From NCBI GenBank assembly GCA_021432655.1, contig MU271229.1, positions 69,533 to 89,532 of the forward strand: a stretch of 20,000 bases of DNA. The letters run 5' to 3'. The stretch is from Atractiella rhizophila. Taxonomy: Eukaryota. Of this stretch, positions 9,368-19,645 are shown piece by piece (position 1 is the stretch's first letter; every line of letters starts with the position of its first letter). The position numbers were made by a program, and so were the translations under genes. The notes beneath the pieces were generated by a model. That model did no database searches, was not told where the DNA came from, and saw only the letters and a program-made list of their open reading frames with translations.

Positions 9368-12300
9368 ATGGCGGACTCAAGTAAGATATTCGTCGCTTTA
9401 CTTTCTCTGGTTGAAAGGAAAGTACTGATTATTGCACACCAGTTGACTCGGACCACCATACAAGGGTCCCGACCCCAGAGTTATCTCTCTCTGAGCGCCC
9501 TCTCTCGAGCGGTGATGCAAAGGCTGAGCTCGCCGCCTTACAAGAAGACCTCCGACAACAAACCACAAGAAAGAGCACGCAGCTTGAAGACGGCGGTACG
9601 CCCGCATTCGAAGGTGGTGAAGACGACGAGGACGAGTTCAATCTGCTCGAATTTTTGAAGGGCGATAAGGAAAGGAGAGATGCGGTGCTGGAGGAGGTGA
9701 AGAGGGAGAGGGCGAAGAAGATGAAGACAGGCGATTTGGAGTTGGGCGTGGATGGTGGCGGAGATGAAAAGTTTATTGGTTCTGGCGCGAGGAAGTTGGG
9801 TGTCGTCTGGCAAAACTTGACTGTGAAGGGAGCCGGAGGCATCAAGGTGCTGTGTCTTATTTTCCCCGCACAATCAAACTGAGAACAAAACAGATCAATA
9901 TCAGGACCTTCCCCAATGCTATCATCGAGTTCTTCCTCTCCCCTGTTCTTCCACTAATAATGAGGCTCCCGAAATTTGCTCCTAAGGTGAGTCTCTCTCG
10001 CTTCCGCCCTATGATACTAAAGATCACGTAGACGAAAACCCTTATTCACAACTTCAATGGGTATTTGAGACCGGGAGAAATGTGTCTGGTGCTCGGTAGA
10101 CCTGGCAGTGGATGCACAACGTTCTTAAAGGTACGCCTTCAGCGCATTGCTGGCCGTTGCTCAAAATTGTCACAGAATATATCCAATCAACGCGTTGGTT
10201 ATCTGAGCGTCGAAGGAGACGTGACCTACGGCGGTTTGGCAGCTGAGAACTTTGGGAGGCATGGAAGATATGAAGGGGAGGTCGTTTACTGCCCCGAGGA
10301 CGAGATTCATTTGCCTACCTTGACGGTCCAGCAGACGTTGGAGTTTGCCTTGAAGAACAAAACACCTCCTCATCAACTGCGTCTCGCGGACGAGAAATCC
10401 CGCGCAGCGTTCAGGACCAAGGTGGTTGAATATCTTCTCAAGATGTTGGGTATCCCCCACACGAAGAATACTCTCGTTGGAAATGAGTTCGTGAGAGGCG
10501 TCTCCGGAGGAGAGAGAAAGAGGGTGTCCATTGCGGAAATGATGATTACTAGAGCGATTGTAATGTCTTGGGACAATTCGACCCGGTTCGTGGCTCATTC
10601 CTGCTATTACTAGGGACTGACGGCTTATGCAGTGGTCTTGACGCTTCTACCGCTCTGGATTACGCTAAGTCCTTGAGAGTGATGACAGATGTGTTCGAAG
10701 GAACAACCTTCGTTTCGCTTTATCAAGCGGGTGAAGGTATCTACGAGCAATTTGACAAAGTTCTGGTCATAGATGGTAAATTCCGTTGCCTTTCATCGCA
10801 ATTTGCTGAACGTATTCCCAGACGGACGATGCGCCTTCTACGGTCCAGCAGCAGAGGCTCGAGCATACTTCGTATCTCTTGGTTTCGCAGATCTTCCTCG
10901 CCAAACTACTGCCGATTACCTCACAGGTTGCACTGACCCTAACGAACGTCGGTTCCAAGACGGCAAGGACGCTTCTAGTGTGCCATCTACTCCGGAACAG
11001 CTGGAAGAGGCGTTCCTCAAGAGCTCCTACAACAGGGAGTTGATGGAGGATATGCGAGAGTACAAGGAAGAAGTAGACAGGGCACTTCCCCAATTTGAAA
11101 AGGAACTTAGGTTCCTTCATAAAGTCGAAAAACAGCCGCTCGTTCTCTCTGGGAAGAGCCCATACCAGGTCTCGTTCTTGGATCAGATATGGGCCTTGAC
11201 CGTCAGACAATTTCGGCTTCGTATTCAAGATACTCTCGGTATATATTTGTCATTTTTTGATTGCAATTCTGACAACGTTGGTTTAGGGCTTTCTGTGGCT
11301 TACATCACCAGTGTCATAGCTGCCATCATTACCGGTTCCGTCTACCTCAACCTTCCTGAGACTTCAGCTGGCGCCTTCACTCGCGGTGGCGTTCTTTTCT
11401 TGGCTCTGCTCCTGAACGCTTTCAACGCCTTCAATGAACTCCCTACTCAAATGATGGGTCGTCCCATTCTATGGAAGCATCGTGGTTTCGCTTTTTACCG
11501 GCCAGCGGCTTTGTCAATCGCTTCCACTCTGGCTGATATCCCGTGAGCCTCTGTTGACCCTCCCAGTGAATGCTAAGCTGAACATGATGATAGAATCAAC
11601 TTCTTCCAGGTACGTCGGCAGCTACCTCCGTATCTTTGTTGATTTGTGAATAGATACTCTCCTTCTCCTTAATCCTTTACTGGATGACTGGCCTGAAGGC
11701 AACTGCTGGCGCATTCTTCACGTTCCTGGCTTTGGTTTTTATGGGGTTCCTCGCCCTTGCCTCGTTCTTCAGATTACTCGGTGCCTGCTGCATCTCGTAT
11801 GATGTCGCCGCTCGCTTTGCTGCCGCACTCGTTTCCGCTATGGTCCTCTATTCCGGGTATCTTATCCCCGTCTTCAGCATGAAGCGATGGGTGCGCCTTC
11901 TACATGTATTTTTCCGCAGACAGAGCTGACAGTGTTCCGAACGCAAAACTAGCTGTTCTGGCTGTAAGTATTTTTAACAAATGCCTGCACAACCTCTAAC
12001 TTCGACGATGTATAGGTACTACGCCAACCCTGTGAATTGGGGGTTCCAAGGACTCATGTCTAACGAATTCGGGGGCCTTGAACTACTATGTGTCGGCAGT
12101 AATATCATACCACGTAACGTGCCTGGCGTCGTTGACAGTTATCCCAATGATCTTGGCCCAAATCAAGTCTGCACTTTGGCTGGTGGGTGCTCTCCTTTCT
12201 GGGTATTATTGCCATTAACCATTCCACCATAGGTGCTCGCCCAGCGCAGCCGTTCGTGCGTGGAGGAGACTACATCTCTGCTGCATTCCAGTACCAGACT

Positions 12301-15251
12301 GGGGTGGCTTGGAGGAACTTCGGATTCCTTGTTGCTTACTTCATCCTTTTCCTTACCCTCCAATGCGTACGTCATCTCACGCATTTAAGCAAACGAAATC
12401 TCATTCTTGCGCCTCAGCTTGCCGCAACCTATCTCAGACTTGGTCAAGGAATGCCTGCTATTCAAGTCTACAAAAAGGAGAACAAAGCATGTCGCTCCCA
12501 CTCTTCTATCTCAGAACCTGATGGCGGTCGAAGGAACTGAAAGAACTTAACGAGCGCCTACAAGCGAACAAGGCAGATTTTAGGAGCGGGAAGAGAACAC
12601 AGGATCTTTCAGCTCTCACGACAAAACGAGTCCCATTTACGTGGGAAAAGCTTGTTTACGATGTCCCTGTAGCTGGGTATGCAGTCCCAACTTCACGCTG
12701 ACAGTGTATAACGGGAGCCTATAGGGGAAAGAAGAGATTACTGAATGAAGTCTACGGTTATGTCAAGCCTGGCACTCTAACAGCACTTATGGGCGCTTCT
12801 GGAGCCGGTAAAACCACCCTCCTCGACGTGGTTCGTCATACTTTTTACCATGCCGGCTGAGAGGAGGCTGATGAACTGCATGTCTACGCAGTTGTCAGAC
12901 CGCAAGACAATTGGCGTTATTGGTGGGGACATTCTGGTCAATGGAAGAAAGTTTGGAAAGGATTTCCAACGAGGAACTGCCTGTGCGTCTTCCTCACCGT
13001 TCGTAGCCTGCCACTGAAGAATGGTCCAGACGTCGAGCAACTGGACACGCATCAATACACTTCCACCGTCAGGGAAGCTTTCAGATTTTCGGCTTATCTT
13101 CGTCAACCAGCCCACGTGTCGAAGGAAGAAAAGGATGCGTATTGCGAAGAGATTATCCAGCTGCTTGAGATGGAAGACCTCGCAGACTCCATGATTGGTT
13201 TCCCCGGTTTCGGTTTGGGAGTGGAAGCAAGGAAACGTCTTACAATTGGTGTTGAGTTGGCAGCCAAACCTCAGCTCCTCCTGTTTTTGGACGAGCCTAC
13301 TTCTGGTCTCGACGTAGGTGTCTTATTCAAGCGGCGCGCGCCTATTGAACTTGGATGAAGGGCCAATCTGCTTACAATATCGTTCGATTCCTTCGCAAAC
13401 TCGCGGCTGCAGGACAAAGTATCCTCTGCACGATCCATCAACCCAATGCGCTCCTCTTCGAGCACTTCGATCGTCTGCTTCTCCTGAAAGGTGGCGGAAA
13501 TTGCGTGTACTTCGGTCCAATTGGCAAAGACTCCCAAATACTTAGAGATTACTTCGCGAAGAATGGTGCCAAATGTCCACCAAACGCGAATCCGGCAGAA
13601 TTTATGTTGGATGCTATTGGTCCGTTGTCCACCTTCGGTTCTTATTCATGGAGGTCTCACATATATTTCGGAGTGCAGGAGCTGGATCCCAAAAACGTAT
13701 CGGAAACAAGGACTGGGGAGATAGATGGCGAGACACTGAAGAGTTCCAACAGGTCAAACGAGAGATCGAGGACATTAAGAAGGCGGCTTCTGCAGCGCCA
13801 GATGTTTCTGATGAGAAGATACTGGAATATGCCGCACCTTGGTCTACAGTATGTTTGTGCTTGCCCAAACAGTCGCTCACTAAATGGTGCTACAAACAGC
13901 AATTCAAGGTCGTCATCGAACGAACGAACCGCAGCCTGTGGAGATCTCCAGATTATGTCTTCACTCGCCTCTTTGCACATGTAAGTTCACGATGGCGCTC
14001 ATCCTGATGCTTAATCGTGTGATATTTAGGTTGTCATCGCGCTCCTCACGGGACTTACGTTCCTTAACGTGCCGGCAAATTACGTTGGACTTCAATACAG
14101 AGTTTTCGCACTGTTTATCGTCACCGTTATGCCTGGTTCGTCGCTTGACCTCTTCAGGCTCCACCCCGTCTGACCATCTTTGACACAGCCATCATCATAT
14201 CACAAATCGAACCCACTTTCATCATGGCTCGTCAGGTATTTATTCGAGAAGCCAGCAGCAAGATGTACTCCCCCACCGTTTTCTCTATCTCCCAACTGAT
14301 TGCCGAGCTGCCATATTCCCTCCTGTGTGGAGTGGCATTCTTCATTTTCCTGTACTACCCCACGGGCTTTGACACCTCAAGCGATCGTGCTGGTTACGCC
14401 TTCCTCCTCATCATGATAATCGAGTTGTGGGCCGTAACTATAGGCCAAGCGATTGCGGCTCTCTCTCCGTCCATCTTCATCGCAGCCATGGTCAATCCCT
14501 TCCTCTTGATTATCACTTCCCTATTCGCTGGTGTACGTGAGTGCCTCTCCTCCCGGCATCAATATCTTGCTCATGAGCGGACTAGGTTACTATACCGTAT
14601 CCTCAGATGCCGAAGTTCTGGAGATCTTGTAAGCAGTCTTCTTCCCTTCTATTTTATCCCTCATGCGATTCAACAGGGCTATATCATGTCGACCCATTGA
14701 CCTACCTTATTGGCGGATTGGTATCGAACGAGCTTCATGTCCGTGCCTATTTTCATTAAAGGAGGGCTATCCCTAACGTGTTTGCCACAGGGCTTGGAGA
14801 TCACATGCAACGAATCGGAACTCTTTGTGTTTGACCTCCAACTGGCCAAACTTGCGATCAATGGGCTGGGCCATTTGTGAACGCCACTGCTGGTTACCTC
14901 GCGAATCCCACGGCAATCTCAGCGTGCGCTTACTGCCCTATCAGGGTGGGAGACGAGGTACGCGTTCACAACCTGACTTTCTGCAGTGCCTGAATGTATC
15001 TTTCAAGTTCTATACCCCTCTCCAGATTAGCTTCGGTGATAGGTATAGGAACTTTGGATTCTTAGTGGTGCGTCTGCCAGTAACTTGACTACCATCCGGT
15101 TGGTGATTTACTCTTGCTTTCCTAGGTTTACACCCTGTTCAATGCGGTGGTGACTGTGGTGGCTTCCACATTCCTGGTACGTCTCATCACTCACCCAATT
15201 ACTGTAAGGACCTTTTAACGATTGATGTACCAGCGTTACGCCAAACGATAA
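9368..15251 (+). CDS. Full-size PDR-family (ABCG) multidrug ABC transporter, SNQ2/BFR1-like, (NBD-TMD)x2; 29 exons
   Basis: NBD1: Walker [10 protein letters not shown] (the PDR-typical K-to-C change), [32 protein letters not shown]2: [53 protein letters not shown] motifs [10 protein letters not shown] and [11 protein letters not shown]; ends FL-RYAKR* (TAA 15249-15251). All 28 introns could be spliced with the frame kept. Donors at 9381, 9847, 9987, 10131, 10586, 10776, 11239, 11543, 11610, 11891, 11964, 12183, 12367, 12487 (GC), 12677, 12831, 12983, 13314, 13620, 13849, 13981, 14136, 14533, 14629, 14739, 14958, 15068, 15177. Confidence 0.97.
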
Positions 15252-15815
15252 ACGCATATTTCCAAATTTGAAGGCGCTTCTTGATTTAGGGAACTGTCGA
15301 CCACTATTGCTGAAAAGTCTTGGCTGATCATGGAATCCTCCCTTTGAGTTTTGATTAGATCTTAGATTGGAGCTGTCTTTCTTTGCAGTTTTTTTCCGCT
15401 CGTTACAGTTCCTTGTTCTTTGTAGTTTCAACTCGCTTCAACTGAGGATGCTCCTTCTGGTTAGCACAAACCCCTGGCTGCAAGTTGAGTATACTGATAA
15501 ATATAGTAATGAAAAGTTGAAGATGGTACCTTATGCAGTGTGCTTAATGCCTGGTCTCCTCTGAACTTGATTTAGCCAAATTTCGGTGATCCAAACCAAG
15601 TGCGCGGATACACATTTGGCACCAGTTATATGAAACCAAGAGGAATAGTATTCTGCTGTCAACCCTTGAACTTGAAGCACAGTGATACATTTAGGCACAC
15701 ATATCCAGAGAACCACAACACACGTTACATTAAGAGAGAATCCAGAATTCACAATTTCAGGAGCCACAAGCTCCCAATCGGTCACACTCTTCAGAGACCT
15801 AATTTGAAACTCTTG

Positions 15816-16954
15816 TTACGCAACACTCGCAGTGCGACCGCGCATTGATGCTGCCCGCCTGTTAGCCCTTTCCGCCTACTCGGCTCCCAATCCATCAGTA
15901 CCTCACTATAGAAAGGGAAGAGTATAGAGGGAGCTAACCTCATGCAGTTGCTTCTTGTTCCACATCCTATCCAAAGCCGCAACTTTGTCGTCGCGATCGG
16001 CCTCGACCTTCGAATGGTGGGTCGTATTCAACTAACATCCATCACGGTTCTCAGTGGTCCATTTTATAGAAAACATAAACTGGACCATACGCACGTCAAG
16101 ACTAGTTTTACAGGCATCCAAAGTAGCTGCCGCCTTGTTATGATCAGTTGTAGCTTTAATCAGAGCCTGATTTGCTTTATATTCCTCCTTCACAGCTTTG
16201 TCCAGTGCTTTCATTGCCTTCGCTTTCATCTGTCCTCTAGATTCAGTTTGGACTGAAGGTAGAGAGAGTAGGGAAGGCAAATGAACATTGCCGCCCACCT
16301 TAGCAGCCTTCTGTTCGTCTTTCATGCTCTTGTGAACTTCTTTCATGGCCGCCTTGAGCGCTTTCTTATCACCTTTAGCTTCTAGACTGAGTTGCTTGTC
16401 GTACCTATCGCCATCACGCTAGAGATTAGCTAGTCTGTCGAGTGATGATTGTGAAAAGCAGAGCGAAGTGAGAAGACAGACTTTTTGATGTCCTTCATAT
16501 CCTGTTTCATCTTGTCATAACTGATCCTACCGTCGTGTTCAATAACCACGCTCCCGGTCCCCATCGTCCCGACATGTCCAGCAACACTGCTCCTTTGCGT
16601 CGACGAAGTCATGCTTCCAGTGCTCGTGAAGCCAGTTGCGCTTCTACTATGAGAGGGCCATTTCGACACCTTCTCGCTAGTAAAATCTCCAACATTTTCA
16701 GGAGGAGATGGCATATCGAAGTGCGCCGATTTTGGGCTCTTCATTGCACCTGAATTGTCTTTCGGGTGTGAGGGCGGTGGTGCAAAGTCTGCCAAAGCAG
16801 TATTGTTCGTCATTTGATTGGGTTTTGGGTCGACTGTGGAAGGACCCGCGTCCTGAAGGGTAGGAAAATATCAGCTATTATCTTTGCGTGAGGCAGGGGC
16901 AAAAGAAAGGGTTCTGACGCCAGATTGGTTTGATTGGAGTGATGAGATGGCCAT
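15816..16954 (-). CDS. Lys/Ala-rich coiled-coil protein with a disordered N-terminus (resembles basidiomycete proteins annotated 'DNA-binding protein Ncp1')
   Basis: Spliced: MAISSLQSNQSG-DAGPSTVDPKPNQMTNNTALADF...MKQDMKDIK-KYDKQLSLEAKGDKKALKAAMKEVHKSMKDEQKAAK-MKAKAMKALDKAVKEEYKANQALIKATTDHNKAAATLDACKTSLD-LNTTHHSKVEADRDDKVAALDRMWNKKQLHE-AERANRRAASMRGRTASVA* (TAA 15818-15816). The first exon (16954-16919) relies on a weak GTCAGA donor but a good GCTGAT..CAG acceptor at 16853; the alternative start is the ATG at 16813. Family name is recalled and tentative. Confidence 0.75.
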
Positions 16955-18508
16955 ATCGACAAGCTGACCTGGTGGATCTGAACATCTGCGTCCTCCCATC
17001 CAGCTTTAAAGAGAGGGGAAGTGGCATTGAAAATGGGGGGCCGAAAGGGTGTAGGTGTTTGGGAATTTGAGAACTCCTGAATAAATAAAATGCCATTTTT
17101 CCTGTTTTCTCATTACAGAAATTGCGTCGAACCGATTCGAACGTCTTCAAACTCTGAAAATCATGGAAGCGCAGGGTGTCAATTCTGCCAAGAAAGCAAA
17201 GATCGAACAGCTTCTGAACGTCTGAATGTTCTGAACATACTGGGAACTTCTCATGGTGGTCGGCTGAACAGCATTTACACAACCTGTCAGATCTTCTATC
17301 AATGCATTCTTTCGATATTACACGGAATGACACATATCATAGCGTTCCCGTGCTTGTATACCAAAAAAAACCGTTTTTGCTTTACATCACGCAGGAGAAA
17401 GTCGATGGTATTGCTTGAAAGGAAGTCGCACAAGCCGTGTTTGAGAAGATCAAGAAAGTTCACGTCCTAATAAGCATTCACTCACTGCCACGACTTCCTG
17501 CCCTGCAAGTGCAAGACCCACGCTCTTAGTGAGTCTCGCACTTTGTACTACCCTTTTTCAGCACTCCCACTTTTATCAGATAGTCACCACTGTTACCTCC
17601 GTAGATGGCTGTGATTGCTAAAGGAGCTGGATTAAATCGCGACCAATGCTCGGCTGGAAGAGGGAGAGGGTCAATTGTTGGTGACTGGTCCTTATTGCGG
17701 AGGAAAACAGGCACAAGCTCTGCAGAAATTACTGAGGCTAGGTAGAACGGAAAGAAGAATTTGTAGGTGATTCAGACATAAGCAAGAAGAAATGAGTAAT
17801 GATTAATACATTGACTTGACTTTAATGTTGTTGGGGGAAATGACTCTATGTAGTCCAAAATTTGAAATTGCAAAGCACGATCCGCGCAACGTGGCACTTT
17901 CTTGTGTGCTCTCCAGAAACGACGACTTGCCTGGACCTGTCTTTATTCCACCAATAGCATACAGCAACGCACTATGCTGCTCTTGCTGCTACTCCCCCTT
18001 GTAGCTCACGCTACAGACTACACCACACTCTCTACAGGCACCTTACAAACCCTTTCGCACAGCCTGCTCAACACCTCCCCATTAGAGGCACTCGCCGTAT
18101 TAGACGTTCTGTTCGATAGAGAAGATGCAGAGAAACGAGACGTAGTCTGCCGTAGAGCTAGAGTAAAAGAGAGGGTGAATGCACCCAGCGCGGTGCAGGC
18201 GTGGAAGGATTGCGCTCATTTTGGGGGAAGTAAATCGGAAGTAGGTGTAATTTTGTTCGATTCACTGTGATTGGGAGTGTCAAATATTTCTCTTCCTGCT
18301 GTTTTGAGACAGAACGGATCTAGACATTCGTCCTTGCGGTTTGATTTGCATGCAATGATTCCGTGCCTTGGCTGTGCTTCAACAACCGTTGTGATTGTGC
18401 GCAAAGATGGACAAATGAATGGCACTAACCATTCGATTGGGTACAGTCACAATTGCACATTTCAAATATCTATCTCAAGCAAGGCCTGTACGACGAAGCA
18501 CTCACCTA
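16823..18508 (+). repeat. Tandem duplication, copy 1 (1686 bp)
   Basis: TTTTGGGTCGACTGTGGAAGG starts at 16823 and again at 18509. The copies are colinear to the window end (18326 matches 20000), roughly 90-96% identical by eye, with indels in the non-coding parts. Confidence 0.97.
17889..17896. promoter_or_regulatory. UPRE-like bZIP (Hac1/XBP1/Cib1-type) site, copy 1
   Basis: ACGTGGCA (reverse complement TGCCACGT) about 80 bp upstream of the ATG at 17974 of an ER co-chaperone-like gene; unchanged in copy 2. Confidence 0.55.
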
Positions 18509-18542
18509 TTTTGGGTCGACTGTGGAAGGACCCGCGTCCTGA
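17974..18542 (+). pseudogene. 3'-truncated copy of the DNAJC3/P58IPK/Jem1-like TPR gene (120 aa, cut at the repeat junction); may be an assembly artefact
   Basis: Exon 17974-18240, intron GTAGGT..ACTAAC..TACAG 18241-18446, exon 18447-18542. Product: MLLLLLLPLVAHA (signal peptide) ...PLEALAVLDVLFDREDAEKRDVVCRRARVKERVNAPSAVQAWKDCAHFGGSKSE-SQLHISNIYLKQGLYDEALTY, then junction-derived FGSTVEGPAS*. Confidence 0.7.
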
Positions 18543-18640
18543 AGGGTAGGAAAATATCAGCTATTATCTTTGCGTGAGGCAGGGGTAAAAGAAAGGGTTC
18601 TGACGCCAGATTGGTTTGATTGGAGTGATGAGATGGCCAT
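18506..18640 (-). pseudogene. Duplicated 5' fragment of the coiled-coil gene (22 codons, stop at the junction)
   Basis: Copy of 16954-16823: MAISSLQSNQSG-DAGPSTVDPK, then TAG (18508-18506) immediately across the junction. Depends on the upstream exon model being right. Confidence 0.55.
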
Positions 18641-19560
18641 GTCGACAAGCTGACCTGATGGATCTGAACTTCAGCGTCCTCCCATCCAGCTTTAAAGAGA
18701 GGGGAAGTGGCACGGAAAATGGGGGGCCGAAAGGGTGAAGGTGTTTGGGAATTTAAGAACTCCTGAATAAATAAAATGCCATTTTTCCTGTTTTCTCATT
18801 ACAGAAATTGTGTCGAACCGATTCGAACGTCTTCAAACTCTGAAAATCATGGAAGCGCAGGGTGTCAATTCTGCCAAGAAAGCAAAGATCGAACAACTTC
18901 TGAACGATCTGAACGTTCTGAACATACGGGGAACTTCTCAGAGCGGTTGGCTGAGCAGCATTTACAATAACATCTGTCAGATCTTCTATCAATGCATTCT
19001 TTCGATATTACACGGAATGACACATATCATAACGTTCCCGTGGCTTGTATACCAAAAACCCCGTTTTTGCCGTACATCACGCAGGAGAAAGTCAGTGGTA
19101 TCGCTTGAAAGGAAGTCGCACAAGCCGTGCTTGAAAATATCAAGAAGTTCACGTCCTAATAAGCATTCACTTATTGCCACGACTTCCTTCCCTGCAAGTG
19201 CAAGACCCACACTCTTATTGAGTCTCGCACCTTGCAGTCCCCATTTTCAGCGCTCCCACTTTATCAGATAGTCACCACTGTCAATTTCGTAGGCGGCTGT
19301 GATTGTTAAAGGGAGCTGGATTAAATCGCGACCAGTGCTAGTTGAGATTCTGGAAGAGGGAGAGGGTCGACGTGGTGATTGGTCCTTATTGCGGAGGAAA
19401 ACAGGCACAAGCTCTTGGAGAAATTACTGAGGCTAGGCAGAAAAGAAAGAAGAATTTGTAGGTTATAAGTAAGCTGAAATGAGTAATGATTAATACATGT
19501 TATTGGCTGAAATGACTCTACGTAGCCCAAAATTTGAAATTGCAAATCACGATCAGCGCA

Positions 19561-19568
19561 ACGTGGCA
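19561..19568. promoter_or_regulatory. UPRE-like bZIP site, copy 2
   Basis: ACGTGGCA about 80 bp upstream of the ATG at 19646. Confidence 0.55.
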
Positions 19569-19645
19569 CTTTCTTGTGTACTCCACAGAAACGACGACTT
19601 GCCTCGACCTGTCTTTATTCCACCAATAGCACACAGCAACGCACG

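Noticed and set aside
9398..15431. Many minus-strand ORFs over the ABC transporter
   Set aside because: Antisense shadows of a well-supported gene.
16860..16923. Plus-strand intron-like signals (GTAGGA..CTGAC..CAG) mirroring the minus-strand intron
   Set aside because: Splicing gives no extended frame from the upstream sequence; the minus-strand model joins in frame to a real gene. In copy 2 it could at most be a 3' UTR intron of the truncated transcript.
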